Shown here piece by piece: positions 10,831-21,975 of a DNA stretch of 64,000 nt. Each line of letters begins with the position of its first letter. Within the stretch, counting starts at the first letter, position 1. The notes below the pieces were generated by a model. That model had not been told where the DNA came from, ran no database searches, and saw only the letters and a program-made list of their open reading frames with translations. Position numbers and translations under genes: made by a program. The DNA is from an uncultured Spirochaetota bacterium (GTDB taxonomy: Bacteria; Spirochaetota; Brevinematia; Brevinematales; JAOACQ01), in assembly GCA_963768055.1 (NCBI GenBank), contig CAVYGN010000001.1, positions 640,001-704,000 of the forward strand, in the 5' to 3' direction.

Positions 10831-11523
10831 GTGAAAATGAGCATGTCAAAGAATAAAATTCTAATAGCCGATGATGAACAGAGAATGCTCAGGCTGATTT
10901 GCGATTATCTCAGAAAAGATGGATTTTTCCCTATTCCGGCAGAGAACGGAAAGATTGCCTTGAACCTGTATCTGGAAAATACGGATATAGACCTGGTCAT
11001 ACTGGATGTTATGATGCCGGAAATGGACGGCTGGTCCGTCTGCCGCGAGATCAGGAAATTAACGAAAGTTCCGATTATTATGCTAACGGCCAGGAGTGAG
11101 GAAGCTGACGAATTATTCGGTTTTGAACTTGGGGCTGACGAATATGTAAAAAAACCGTTTAGCCCTGGCGTGCTGGTAGCCCGCGTAAGGGCATTACTGC
11201 GCAGAGCATCAATGGACGAGTCGGAAAAAATTCTGGAATACGGCGGGCTTATACTCGATCCTGAAAGGCATTCGATTTTAGAAGACGGGAAGGTACTTGA
11301 ACTCTCCCCGAAAGAATATGATTTACTGTTCTATCTGGTAAAGAATGCGGGAGCGGCTTTAAGTAGGGCACGAATCTTATATTCCGTTTGGGGTAATGAT
11401 TATTACGGCGACGGAAGGACAGTGGATACCCACATAAAATGCCTCCGGAAAAAACTTAAACAATCCGCCGGTAGAATTGAAACGATCCGAGGATTTGGAT
11501 ACCGTTTTCAGGATAAAGCATGA
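10831..11523 (+). CDS. OmpR/PhoB-family response regulator
   Basis: Receiver domain (ILIADDE, LDVMMP, GADEYVKKPF) and winged helix (RTVDTHIKCLRKKL, IETIRGFGY). Confidence 0.95.
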   Translation: MKMSMSKNKILIADDEQRMLRLICDYLRKDGFFPIPAENGKIALNLYLENTDIDLVILDVMMPEMDGWSVCREIRKLTKVPIIMLTARSEEADELFGFELGADEYVKKPFSPGVLVARVRALLRRASMDESEKILEYGGLILDPERHSILEDGKVLELSPKEYDLLFYLVKNAGAALSRARILYSVWGNDYYGDGRTVDTHIKCLRKKLKQSAGRIETIRGFGYRFQDKA

Positions 11524-12989
11524 AAATCAGGAACAAGCTGTTCATTGGGATTTCGATACTTGTCCTGCTTTTTATATCACTGGCTGTTTTCTTCAATCAA
11601 ACTTTTTTATTATCATTCTATATCCGTGAAACCCAAACGAAACTCATCGTAGACGCGAAAAACATTGATTCCCGATACAATGGAAATATCACGGATGCCT
11701 TACCGGATTTACGTACGATAGAATGGAATTCCGGAATCCATATAGAAATCATTGATAGGTATCTTGAATTGAAATATATGACTCATGGTGAGGATCATGG
11801 TATAGGTCCGGACCCGGAACAGAAGCTAAGGCCCGATATGCCGATCCCTCCCTTCAGAAGGGAATTTTTAAATAAATTAAGGAATAATGAAAGGGGGTAT
11901 TATGCATTTCAGGATAATCCCGGGCCGGATAAGCTGATCTCCTTTATCGATTGCGGATATATATTAAATAACGGAGATATACTCATTTTAAGCCGGCCTC
12001 TTGCGGAGTTAAAAGAAAGCGCCGGGGTGGCGAACCGTTTTTTAATGCTTTCCGGATTTATTATATGCCTGATCGGGATTATGGCTGTATATGTATTATC
12101 CAGAAGGTTTACCAGGCCGATTATTGAGCTGAGGGATATGGCTCATGATATGGCAGGACTGAATTTTAGCCATAAGTTCATTGTACATTCCAACGATGAA
12201 ATAGCCGAGTTAGGTAAAAGCATCAATTCATTGTCAAGACAGCTTAACCTTTCTATTAACGAATTGAATATTGCCAACCTGAAACTTCGTGAGGATATTG
12301 ACAGGGAAAGAAAGCTTGAGGAGATGAGGAGGGACTTTGTTTCAAGCGTATCCCATGAATTAAAAACCCCAATCGCCTTAATAATGGGATACGCGGAGGG
12401 TTTGAAAGACGGAGTTGCAAAGAGAAAAGACCGCGATTATTATTGCAGCGTGATCATGGACGAATCTAAAAAACTGGACCTCCTGCTCAAGGACTTGCTC
12501 GACCTTTCCCAGTTCGAGTCTGGCGTTTTCAGGCTATCGATAAAACAATTCGACCTTAAGGAAAAGCTTGAAGAAATTCTTCAGAAATATACCCTGCTTA
12601 TAAACGATAAAAAAATAAAATTGACGCTTGCTGCTCAAATCACTGCAGTAAAGGCGGATCCTTCGAGGATAGAACAGGTCATCGTTAATTACCTGAATAA
12701 TGCAATAGATCATTGTGAAGGGGAGAGAAGGATTCATATACGGATTGAAAAATCCGGAGATTTCGCCGAATTCGCCCTGTTTAATTCCGGAAAACCTGTC
12801 CCAGAAGAAGCCCTGGAGAAGATCTGGCTGCGATTTTATAAAACGGATTCTTCCCGAAGCCGTTCATTCGGCGGTACCGGACTTGGCCTTGCTATCGTCC
12901 GGGCTATCCTTGAGCTTCACAATGCCCCTTTCGGAGTCCGGAATCTTTCGGACGGAGTGGAGTTTTATTTCAGGCTGAAAATTTCATAG
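11520..12989 (+). CDS. HAMP sensor histidine kinase
   Basis: Two TM segments, HAMP, H-box SHELKTP, N-box NYLNNA, G-box GGTGLGL. Confidence 0.95.
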   Translation: MKIRNKLFIGISILVLLFISLAVFFNQTFLLSFYIRETQTKLIVDAKNIDSRYNGNITDALPDLRTIEWNSGIHIEIIDRYLELKYMTHGEDHGIGPDPEQKLRPDMPIPPFRREFLNKLRNNERGYYAFQDNPGPDKLISFIDCGYILNNGDILILSRPLAELKESAGVANRFLMLSGFIICLIGIMAVYVLSRRFTRPIIELRDMAHDMAGLNFSHKFIVHSNDEIAELGKSINSLSRQLNLSINELNIANLKLREDIDRERKLEEMRRDFVSSVSHELKTPIALIMGYAEGLKDGVAKRKDRDYYCSVIMDESKKLDLLLKDLLDLSQFESGVFRLSIKQFDLKEKLEEILQKYTLLINDKKIKLTLAAQITAVKADPSRIEQVIVNYLNNAIDHCEGERRIHIRIEKSGDFAEFALFNSGKPVPEEALEKIWLRFYKTDSSRSRSFGGTGLGLAIVRAILELHNAPFGVRNLSDGVEFYFRLKIS

Positions 12990-12991
12990 AT

Positions 12992-13045
12992 TTCACTTAT
13001 CATTCACAAATCGTTCACGATACTATCACAAATATGCGTTATAGT
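12992..13045 (+). promoter_or_regulatory. Four TTCAC-type direct repeats (11-bp period) and -10 upstream of the MFP gene
   Basis: TTCAC at 12992, 13003 and 13014, ATCAC at 13025; TATAGT at 13040. Confidence 0.6.
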
Positions 13046-13051
13046 GCCGTT

Positions 13052-14245
13052 ATGAAAAAAATAATATCAATAATTTTTATTATTATCGCGGCCGGTTCTG
13101 TCGGCGGGTATATTCTTTTCAATTCAGGCAGGGCTAAAAATCCATATGAGATTGCGGAAATCGAAAGGGGAGACCTCTCCGAAAATATTTCCTGCACGGG
13201 AAACCTTAAACTGAGGAATTCCGTGGTTGTTAATTTCAAGATATCCGGTACAGTTGCTGAGGTGATGGCCGATTTCAATCAAAAAATCAGGAAAGGACAG
13301 CCACTGGCTTCCCTGGATAAAACCCTCCTGAAACTGGCTGTTCAGACGGCGGAGGCGGGCCTTCATTCAGCACAGAACCAGATTGTCCAGGCTAAAAAAA
13401 ACTATGAGGATACGAAATTCCTTTTCGATAAAAATTTCAAATCACAGTCAGACCTTGATACAGCGAAGATAAACCTTGATACGGCACAGATTAATTTGCA
13501 GACAAGCCAGATCAGCCTGGATAGCGCGAAAGCGAACCTTATGTTTGCAGTGATCTATTCGCCCATTGACGGCATCGTCATCGAACGGAATATCGAGGCA
13601 GGACAGTCAGTAGCAAGCAGCGAGTTTAACACTGTCCTTATGACAAATTTTTTTCTTGCGAGCGACACAAGTAAAATACAGATTTTTGCTACAGTAGACG
13701 AAAACGATATTTCAAAAATCAAAAAAGGGCAGAAGGTCGTTTTTACCGTCCAGAGTTACCAGGATAAAACTTTTAAAGGCATTGTAAGCCAGATCCGCCT
13801 GAAGCCCATTGTTTCGGATAATGTTGTTGTATATACCATTGTTATGGACGCTGATAATCAGGATAATTTGCTTATTCCCGGTATGACTGCAACATTGAAC
13901 ATTGAGACGGATAGCCGCAAGAACATCCTTATGGTTCCTAATACTGCTCTTAAGTTCCAGCCGCCTACAGAAATATTTAGATTGCCACAAATAACCGGCG
14001 GGCAGGGAATGGCAGATCGTGATTTAGTCTGGACTTATAATGAAAAAACAGGAAAAATCAGGTCTGTTTTTGTAAAAACCGGTCTGACCGACGGTCAGAT
14101 GACAGAGATCTACTCTGAAGAATTAAAAGAAGGCATGAAAGTCCTGACGGGGCTTTCAGTAGCTGTTAATAATACTAAAATCGGGTCTAAGAGCATATTG
14201 AATTCAGTCAGCGGTCCGGGCGGCGGACCTCCTCCAGGAATGTAG
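13052..14245 (+). CDS. Efflux membrane fusion protein (MacA-like)
   Basis: N-terminal anchor, lipoyl halves (ISGTVAEV...GQPLASLD; IYSPIDGIV), VDENDISKIKKGQ, LIPGMTA. Confidence 0.9.
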   Translation: MKKIISIIFIIIAAGSVGGYILFNSGRAKNPYEIAEIERGDLSENISCTGNLKLRNSVVVNFKISGTVAEVMADFNQKIRKGQPLASLDKTLLKLAVQTAEAGLHSAQNQIVQAKKNYEDTKFLFDKNFKSQSDLDTAKINLDTAQINLQTSQISLDSAKANLMFAVIYSPIDGIVIERNIEAGQSVASSEFNTVLMTNFFLASDTSKIQIFATVDENDISKIKKGQKVVFTVQSYQDKTFKGIVSQIRLKPIVSDNVVVYTIVMDADNQDNLLIPGMTATLNIETDSRKNILMVPNTALKFQPPTEIFRLPQITGGQGMADRDLVWTYNEKTGKIRSVFVKTGLTDGQMTEIYSEELKEGMKVLTGLSVAVNNTKIGSKSILNSVSGPGGGPPPGM

Positions 14246-14286
14246 GTAAAGGGAAATCTTGTTGACAACGAGATTGAAAGGAAAAT

Positions 14287-15507
14287 ATGGAATTATTAAA
14301 TTTTTTTAGCACAGCAGTCCGGTCGATTTTAAGGAATAAGATGCGCAGCTTTCTCACAATGTTAGGCATAATTATAGGCATCTCATCTGTGATAGTGATG
14401 GTTTCTATAGGTGCCGGTGCACAACAGGAGATAAAGGAGCAAATTTCAAGCATGGGTATAAACCTGATAACAGTATTCCCTGAAGCCTTCAGGAAGGGCG
14501 GAGTCAATCAGGGGGGAGGATCAGGTTCGCGCCTGAAGTACAGCGATGTAAAAAAATTAAAAAAACAGGCCAGGCTTCTTTCGGGAGTATCACCGCTGAT
14601 CCGGGCCGATGTCCAGGTGATTGGCGGCAAGGCTAACTGGAGTACGGTCATTTATGGGGTTTCCCCGGATTATCTGGCTATTCGCAGTATGAGTGTGTCT
14701 ATGGGAAGTGTGTTGGCCGATAACGATTTGAATGTCAATGCAAAGGTTTGTATTCTCGGCCAAACAGTCGCGACAAATTTATTCGGCAATACAAGTCCGG
14801 TTGGAAAAACGGTTCGGATAGGCCAGGTCCCGTTCCGGGTCATTGGAGTTTTTAGGCCAAAGGGATTTTCCGGCAGCGGGCAGGACCAGGATGATCTTGT
14901 TGTCGCACCTTATACAACAGTTCAGTACCGTCTGAGCCGTTTCCCTTTTCTCCAAATGATACTCTGTTCGAGTATATCCGGCGATAAAATGGAAGCTGCG
15001 CAAGCTGAAATAAGGTCTATTCTCCGCGAATCGCTTAAGATCCCCATAAGTTCTGATGACAGCTTCACTATACGTAGCCAAACAGAGGTCATATCAACGG
15101 CCACCCGGACTACAGGGGTTCTTGCAGTTTTTCTTGCCTCCATCGCGGGAATCTCACTACTTGTAGGCGGAATAGGCATCATGAATATTATGCTGGTTTC
15201 GGTAAAAGAACGTACAAAGGAAATTGGGATAAGGCTTGCAGTTGGGGCCAGAAAAAAAGATATTCTCCTGCAATTTCTTGTGGAAGCGGTGGTACTATGC
15301 CTGACAGGCGGTATTATAGGCATAGGGCTGGGTATAATAATTTCATTGATGGTCCGGGTATATATAGGATGGAATGTTGTCCTCCAGGCACATATAGTGA
15401 TTCTGTCTTTCGCATTTTCATTCTTCGTGGGTATCTTTTTCGGTTTTTATCCAGCCAGGCGGGCATCAGCCTTAACTCCTATAGATGCATTGAGATATGA
15501 ACCTTAA
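14287..15507 (+). CDS. ABC transporter permease, MacB/FtsX-like
   Basis: RSFLTMLGIIIGISSV, GGIGIMNIMLVSVKERTKEIGIRLAVGA, YPARRAS..PIDALRYE. Confidence 0.92.
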   Translation: MELLNFFSTAVRSILRNKMRSFLTMLGIIIGISSVIVMVSIGAGAQQEIKEQISSMGINLITVFPEAFRKGGVNQGGGSGSRLKYSDVKKLKKQARLLSGVSPLIRADVQVIGGKANWSTVIYGVSPDYLAIRSMSVSMGSVLADNDLNVNAKVCILGQTVATNLFGNTSPVGKTVRIGQVPFRVIGVFRPKGFSGSGQDQDDLVVAPYTTVQYRLSRFPFLQMILCSSISGDKMEAAQAEIRSILRESLKIPISSDDSFTIRSQTEVISTATRTTGVLAVFLASIAGISLLVGGIGIMNIMLVSVKERTKEIGIRLAVGARKKDILLQFLVEAVVLCLTGGIIGIGLGIIISLMVRVYIGWNVVLQAHIVILSFAFSFFVGIFFGFYPARRASALTPIDALRYEP

Positions 15508-15652
15508 ATTATTATTACTCAAGGATTTTAGTAAGCTTAACTATAGGCAAGCTACCCTTAACATTTTTAGTGTAATACCTGGCAATGAGTGGATTTTGCC
15601 GGATTAATACCATTTTGCTGAAATTTAAGCTTTTTATAATAAGGAGACATCT

Positions 15653-16141
15653 ATGAGGATTTTAATTGTGGATGATGAAAGGGACACACAGGAAGATTTT
15701 TCAATTTCTCTGAAGCCAACAGGTTATGAGATTGTTGAAACCGATAACCCGAAAATAGCCCTGGATTTATATATTAAACAAGGCTTTGATCTGGTTATTT
15801 TAGATGTTAGTGTGCAAGATATGAGGGGAATCAAATTACTGTCAGAACTGCATGAATTAAATCCCAAAGTCCGTGTAATAATTGTAACTGCATACTGGGA
15901 TCTAGAAACAGTTAATTCAGCTATAAACAATTATACTGTTGCTCTTTTTGGAAAACCATTTGATTTCAAAACATTGGTAGATAATATCATTAGTATTGAA
16001 TTGGAAATTAAGAATGTGAACTATATTAAAATGAATTTCAAACAACTGGATAAAGAAATTGAAAAGCTGAGGAAGGCCTATGATGATCGGAAAAGATTGG
16101 ATAATAAAATGAGAGGGACCAACTATTTTGAGCCCAATTAA
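15653..16141 (+). CDS. Response regulator receiver protein
   Basis: RILIVDDE, DLVILD, VIIVTAY, KPFD. Confidence 0.85.
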   Translation: MRILIVDDERDTQEDFSISLKPTGYEIVETDNPKIALDLYIKQGFDLVILDVSVQDMRGIKLLSELHELNPKVRVIIVTAYWDLETVNSAINNYTVALFGKPFDFKTLVDNIISIELEIKNVNYIKMNFKQLDKEIEKLRKAYDDRKRLDNKMRGTNYFEPN

Positions 16142-16194
16142 AAATGATTCGATACTTACCCATCTTTCATTTTCCCCTCTCCATTTCCCGATAA

Positions 16195-16712
16195 TTAAAG
16201 ATTATTCAAATAAATAATTCTCCTTATTATTATCGTGGGCATCAAGTATTAGATATAAAAATTGCTATAATGAGAATTGGATTTTCAGAATTATCAAGAC
16301 TAATATATTTATATAAAATGCAAAAACTTATAAAAGGAGAGAAATCGAGTTTTCACCGTGCAATATTTTTTCATGGAGTAGCACTTGCTTGTATTAGTGA
16401 TTTTATTTGTGAAAAAATAGAAATTGAAAAAAATGATAGGTTGTTGTTATTTGAGATTTGTATATCTATTAATATTGGAATTCTTTTAATTCATGATAAT
16501 TTTAATAATAAATATAATGAATATATTGAAATGTTAGAAAATAAAAAACAGGATTCTGAAATAGAAGTTTTTGGTTCAACATTAAATACTATTACATCTT
16601 TTCAATTATTAAATTGGGAATTTCCTGACTATTACTATAAACCAATTATGCTACTTGATACGGATCTTACAAAATCAATAGATAAAATAAATCATTTAGA
16701 AATTGATTTAAC
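16195..16712 (+). pseudogene. HDOD-domain gene, 5'-truncated and interrupted by IS21 (continues 19254-19476)
   Basis: KIIQINNSPYY...IKIAIMRIG HDOD signature; frame resumes in phase after the IS (LEIDLT|RAKILYLSNLIAK...DNF*). Confidence 0.75.
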
Positions 16713-16838
16713 TGTCCGGGGCCACCCAGATTCCCCAGTAAAAAGGCAAAATAGGGCCATGAGATTCCCCACCCACCTTTTCCTGTTCAGAATCTAAAAA
16801 ATCAAACATACTCTCCGGAAAAAACCGGAGGGGAATGG

Positions 16839-18381
16839 ATGGGGTACAGATTTATGAACGAACAGGATTACTATGACATTTACAGACGATGGAAAGCCGA
16901 TCAAAGCATAAGTGAAATTTCCGAACAGGAAAACAGGGATAGGAAAACAGTCCGACTAGCGATTCAAAAAATTATCGATTACGGCTTTGAAAAGGCGGGA
17001 GAAACAATAAGCCGGGAAGAATTCCATCTGAAACGCCCCTTTGTAGGGCCTCCAAAAAATGAAAATAAGGCAAAGCATACTTGAACGATATAAAGATGAG
17101 CTGTACGGGCTCATAAATGACCCGAAAAACGGAATGAAACCCAAGACAGCCTTTGAAGTTGTCTGTATAAGGCATAATCTGGACATAAGCTATACAAGTT
17201 TCAAGAGATTCTCGATAAAGAGCGGCCTTACAGCTAAAGAATTAAAGGAAACCATCCGGATTGAAACTAACCCTGGTCAGGAGATCCAGCTTGACTACGG
17301 CAGGGCCGGCACAATGGAATACCTGGGGCACAACAAGATCGTGCAGTCTTTTATCGGAATAATGTCGAGTTCAAGGCTGCCATTTGTTCAATATGTCTAT
17401 TCACAAAACCAGGAATCATTCGTTGAAAGCAATGTGGATATGCTGGAGTTTTACGGCGGTGTGCCTGTAAGAATATCCCTGGACAATCTGAAAACCGGCA
17501 TCATATCACCGGACCTTTACGATCCTAAATATAATCAGGCATATGCTGATTATGCGGAGTATTACAATACTTTTCTTGATCCTTGCAGGGTAAGGAAACC
17601 AAAGGATAAAGCCAAGATAGAGAGAATGGTCCCTGTTGCCAGAGAGCTTTTCAGAAAACTTAAAGCCCTTAATCCCGGAGCCTCGTTAAAGGAATTAAAC
17701 ATCAAAGCTCTGGAATGGTGCAGGTATGAATACGGGATGAGGAACCATGGAACAACAGGTTTGAAACCAATAGAGGTATTTGAAACGATAGAGAAGCCCC
17801 TGCTTAAGAAGCTTCCTGAAGAAAGGTTTAAGACTCCCGTATGGAAAAAGGCCAAGGTACACCCGGACCAATTTGTCCAGTTCGAGAAAAAGAGGTATTC
17901 CCTGCCTCCCAGGTATCGTGGAGAGGAAGTCTTTGTCAGGAGAACCGGCAATTTAGTGAAGATCTTCTTCCAGTACAAACTTATCCGGGAATTTGTCGTA
18001 CCAAGAGGACATGCAGCATATGAAAAGACTGATTTTCCGGAGAATACAAGGGAGATGCTATCCGGGGGATACCCCAAGTATTTATTAGACCAGTCGAGGA
18101 AATACGGAGAAGCCGCATACCAGTTGATCTTTCAAATCCTTGCTGTTCATGCTAATCTGAATTGCCGGAGGGCCCTGGGGTTCTTAAGTGTAATGGAAAC
18201 ATTCTCGAAAGAAGAATACTTTAATAAAGTCTGTGAAAGAGCAATATCGGCAAAAATAACCGATCCCAAACTATTCAAAAGCTGGATGGAAAATGAAGGA
18301 AAGGATAAATAGGACACCCTGTTTGAAATTTCAGAAGAAGGGTCTGAAATGACCAGGGACGGCAGCTATTACTTTCAATAG
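16839..18381 (+). pseudogene. istA: IS21 transposase IstA, frameshifted near 17050 with an in-frame TAG at 18310
   Basis: ETNPGQEIQLDYG, FYGGVP...DNLKTG, KDKAKIER; N-terminal HTH in another frame; reading continues ...RDGSYYFQ* beyond the TAG. Confidence 0.8.
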
Positions 18382-18399
18382 AGATAATGAGGAGGAAAT

Positions 18400-19146
18400 A
18401 TGGAACATCAGAATCAGCTTGAGGCAAACTTAAGGAGGTTAAAGCTTCCTGGGATGCTATTCAACCTTCCTATGCGGATCAGGGAGGCTCAAGAATCAAA
18501 CCTGGACTATGGAGAATTTTTCTCTTTGTTAGTTCAGGATGAATTATGCCAGAGGGATAATAACATGCTCAAAAAGAGGCTGAGAGAAGCGAAGTTCGGC
18601 CAGGAAAACACTTTCGAGGGGTTTGATTTTAATTTCAATGAAAGCGCTATCCCTTCAAGGCTTATTCGTGAAATCGCGTCCTGCCGTTTCATGGATATGA
18701 GACAGTTTGTTGTCATCGCCGGGCCTCCCGGCATAGGTAAAACATGCATTGCAAAATCAGTCGGCCATGAGGCCTGCAGAAGAGGAAACACAGTTCTTTT
18801 CAAGAAAGCCGCGGTTCTTCTTGAAGACTTGAAAAGCGAAAAGCTTATGTTTAAGAATACTCTATTCAGAAAGTGTATTAAAACAGACCTCCTGATAATA
18901 GACGATTTCGGATTTAAAAAACTCGACAATGAAGAAACGGAATACCTATACCGGATTGTCGATGAAAGGCTTGGAAACAGGTCCATTATTCTGACAAGCA
19001 ACCGGCCTCCGGAGGACTGGCTGGCAATCTTCCCTGATCCTGTGATTGGAGGGGCTATGCTTGACCGCCTTGTTTCAGGCTCAATTAAAATCCTGGTAAA
19101 ATCCAAAGATGGAAAATCTTTCCGGAAGGAAGGGAAAACTATTTGA
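18400..19146 (+). CDS. istB: IS21 helper ATPase IstB
   Basis: Walker A GPPGIGKT, Walker B LLIIDDFG, TSNRP...AMLDRL. Confidence 0.95.
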   Translation: MEHQNQLEANLRRLKLPGMLFNLPMRIREAQESNLDYGEFFSLLVQDELCQRDNNMLKKRLREAKFGQENTFEGFDFNFNESAIPSRLIREIASCRFMDMRQFVVIAGPPGIGKTCIAKSVGHEACRRGNTVLFKKAAVLLEDLKSEKLMFKNTLFRKCIKTDLLIIDDFGFKKLDNEETEYLYRIVDERLGNRSIILTSNRPPEDWLAIFPDPVIGGAMLDRLVSGSIKILVKSKDGKSFRKEGKTI

Positions 19147-19797
19147 AAGTTTTATGATTTCTCTCTAAAATCAAGAACGGTATTTTTCAGGAAAAGGTGG
19201 GGAATCTCATGGCCCTGCCACTGGGGAATCTACCCGGTCCTCGACAATTTAACTAGAGCGAAAATTTTATATCTTTCTAATTTAATAGCAAAATTTAAAT
19301 ATATTAGCATTATTGATGATATTAACGATTATTCTATTTTAAAAGTCGATGATGATCAAATAGATAAAGCAAATAAAATTTGTAATGATTATTTTAAATG
19401 CGATATTGAAATTTTTTATCAAAAATATAATAATGATATACAAAAAAAAATTAAATATTATAAGGATAATTTTTAGCTAAAACTAATATGGAAAATCCGG
19501 ACGAAACATGCCAGGTATTCCGAGTGAAAAATGCCACCAAATATCAGTGTTTGTAGTATAATTTAAATACCCCGAAAGATCAAAAGAGCATACTCAAAAA
19601 AATCGTGTAAAATACCCATAAAAAGCATTGTGAATTTATGGCTGAATGATAATCACAAGCAGGATTCCTCCCTTCAATCCAAGCAGAAATTCAAATGGCG
19701 GGAAATGATTAAGGGGACTTTGAATAATCAATGGTTAAATTATAATTTGACATAAGCCATTATGTTGATGTAAAATAGATAATAAGGAGATGGCATT

Positions 19798-19998
19798 ATG
19801 CTAATTTCAGAAGTCATTATTGAAAATGAAACAGATAAATCCATTACTATATCTAAAAAAAGCTGGCGGAAAATCGAAAGTGAATTGAACAAAACTCAGA
19901 AAAATCTTAATAAAAATGATTTAAAGAAATTTATCGGTAAAATCAATTTATCAGAAGATCCGCTTAAATTTCAAAAAAGAATAAGAAATGAATGGTAG
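19798..19998 (+). CDS. Putative antitoxin of a VapBC-type pair
   Basis: Small ORF ending DPLKFQKRIRNEW and overlapping the PIN gene. Confidence 0.7.
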   Translation: MLISEVIIENETDKSITISKKSWRKIESELNKTQKNLNKNDLKKFIGKINLSEDPLKFQKRIRNEW

Positions 19999-20347
19999 CT
20001 TGATTCTTCTTGACACAAATATCGTTCTTTATCTTTTGGGTAATAAATTTGAGTTAGAAAAGGTTCCTGAAGGCAAATATTGCATATCATTCATTACAGA
20101 GATGGAGTTATTATCATATCCGATGTTAAAGGATTCGGATGAAAAAGTAATTCGTAATTTCTTAAAATCAATTGATATTGTTGAGATGAATGATGTAATC
20201 AAAGAAAAAGCCATTTCATTAAGGAAGAAATATAATTTGAAATTACCAGATGCTATTATATGCTCGACAGCTTATACAGAAAATGCCCTTCTTTTAACAA
20301 ATGATGTTCAACTCAAAAAGATAAAAGAAATTGATGTTATTAAATAA
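19988..20347 (+). CDS. vapC: PIN-domain toxin (VapC family)
   Basis: LLDTNIV, ITEMELL, LKLPDAII, LLTND. Confidence 0.9.
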   Translation: MNGSLILLDTNIVLYLLGNKFELEKVPEGKYCISFITEMELLSYPMLKDSDEKVIRNFLKSIDIVEMNDVIKEKAISLRKKYNLKLPDAIICSTAYTENALLLTNDVQLKKIKEIDVIK

Positions 20348-20536
20348 GCCCCCCATAGCTTCCATTTTTCCGCATCTTAACACAACAAAATTTCATATAT
20401 CAAAGCAATTCGGAATGCCGGGACCAGGGCAGAATGACAGAATTCAGGGGATATTTTAAAACAATAAATAATGGACTTTTATTTTGTTCGATAATAAAGT
20501 AATGGCAATAATTTGTGATTTTTTTAGGGGCATAAT

Positions 20537-21883
20537 ATGAAATCCATATGCTTTCTTTTTGCATCTTTCATTCTCCTGAGCTTCATGCTTGTTTCCTGTG
20601 CTCCACAGGTGCAGAACGCATTGACAAAAGAAAGCCAGGAACAGGCAACTGACACAAATGTTAATGCTGTTTTTCTTGAAAAACAGGAATCTGAGGCTGA
20701 CATTACAGTAAAACATAAGATTCTAATTATGCCCTTTGAATACACATCGACAAACTCTAAATATGCGAATCCTGAAATTTATAAAAAGATTTTCTTCTCA
20801 TCATTCTATAACCTGTTTTCAGTGCTTCCGGCAATTGACCTTCCGGATAAAGGTGTTCTTTTAACGATGAGTCCCTCGGAAGGTACTATTTCAAATCTGG
20901 CTGATCAATACAAATGTGATTTCATTGTCTTTGGTGATTATGGACTTAAAGGCGATAAATCAAAACCTGATGCAACTATAAATTTGAAAATATGGAATAA
21001 ATTAACGGGTGCTATAATAACGAATAGTAAAACAACACCTACTGATATTGAAATTTTCGATGCAATTGATTCTCTTATGGCGAAGATGGTCAAGACAATG
21101 TTGAACGAGGAAATGAAAATAGCATATCTCAATTTCAATAATTTTGACACTGGTAAAGAGCCTCTTGGGATTTTTATCAATCATAAGCTTGTGGCTGAGC
21201 CGATTTCAAATGATTTTAACCTTAATATGAAAATATTGTCGGGAAAAGAATACAAGGTTGCTGTCAGAAGGATGTTCGATGGTAAACTCCTTGCAGAATC
21301 TGTTGCAAATTTAAAACCGGGTGAATCGATGAATTTCAGCGCAACGAATTACAGGGTGAATCTTATCAAGAATGGTGAATTTGATAAGACAAATGAATTA
21401 ATACATTTGGAATTTAAATCTAATTATGATTATTATAATAAAATGTTGTCTATTGAACATATAGGTAAATGGCATTTTACGGGGGGTAGAGATGGAGCTA
21501 AAGAAACGGCAAATATAGAAAATGATGAATGTAATATTAAAATAAAGGAAACTGGGCCAAATTGGTATTCTGCAACTCTCAATAATGCTCCAATTAAATT
21601 GGAAGATGGGAAAAAATATCGTTTTTCTTTTGATGCAAAATCTACAAAACCTTTTAAACTTTTTACTAAAATTGAAAAATTGTGGACTTGGGAAAATTAT
21701 TTGTTTTTGAATGGGGGACGAAATCGCTTTGATCCATTTTTAGTAGTTTTAAATAAAGAAGAGAAAAATTACTCGTTTATATTTAAAATGCATTCGAATG
21801 ACAAGGAATCTGAATTAATTTTTGGTTTTGGTGATATTGGCGATGTCTGGATAAGCAATGTTTGGTTGGAAGAAATCGATTGA
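20537..21883 (+). CDS. Lipoprotein with C-terminal CBM4/9-like domain (paralog 2)
   Basis: N-terminal ~72 aa identical to 2196-3533; similar core; divergent C-terminal domain. Confidence 0.7.
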   Translation: MKSICFLFASFILLSFMLVSCAPQVQNALTKESQEQATDTNVNAVFLEKQESEADITVKHKILIMPFEYTSTNSKYANPEIYKKIFFSSFYNLFSVLPAIDLPDKGVLLTMSPSEGTISNLADQYKCDFIVFGDYGLKGDKSKPDATINLKIWNKLTGAIITNSKTTPTDIEIFDAIDSLMAKMVKTMLNEEMKIAYLNFNNFDTGKEPLGIFINHKLVAEPISNDFNLNMKILSGKEYKVAVRRMFDGKLLAESVANLKPGESMNFSATNYRVNLIKNGEFDKTNELIHLEFKSNYDYYNKMLSIEHIGKWHFTGGRDGAKETANIENDECNIKIKETGPNWYSATLNNAPIKLEDGKKYRFSFDAKSTKPFKLFTKIEKLWTWENYLFLNGGRNRFDPFLVVLNKEEKNYSFIFKMHSNDKESELIFGFGDIGDVWISNVWLEEID

Positions 21884-21975
21884 TATAAATTGTTTTTAGA
21901 ATTTTATCTTTGCTGATTAAAATAACCTTCATATGCTCACACTTTTTTATCCATCTTATGAAAATCACATAAAAC

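Larger units (their letters stand above)
16713..19246 (+). mobile_element. IS21-family insertion sequence
   Basis: TG...CA ends; internal IRs (GGGCCATGAGATTCCCCAC and its reverse complement); 7-bp TSD ATTTAAC at 16706-16712 and 19247-19253; istA-istB genes. Confidence 0.95.

Noticed and set aside
2196..21883. Diversity-generating retroelement acting on the lipoprotein paralogs
   Set aside because: No reverse transcriptase in the window, and the differences are not adenine-specific TR/VR-type changes.
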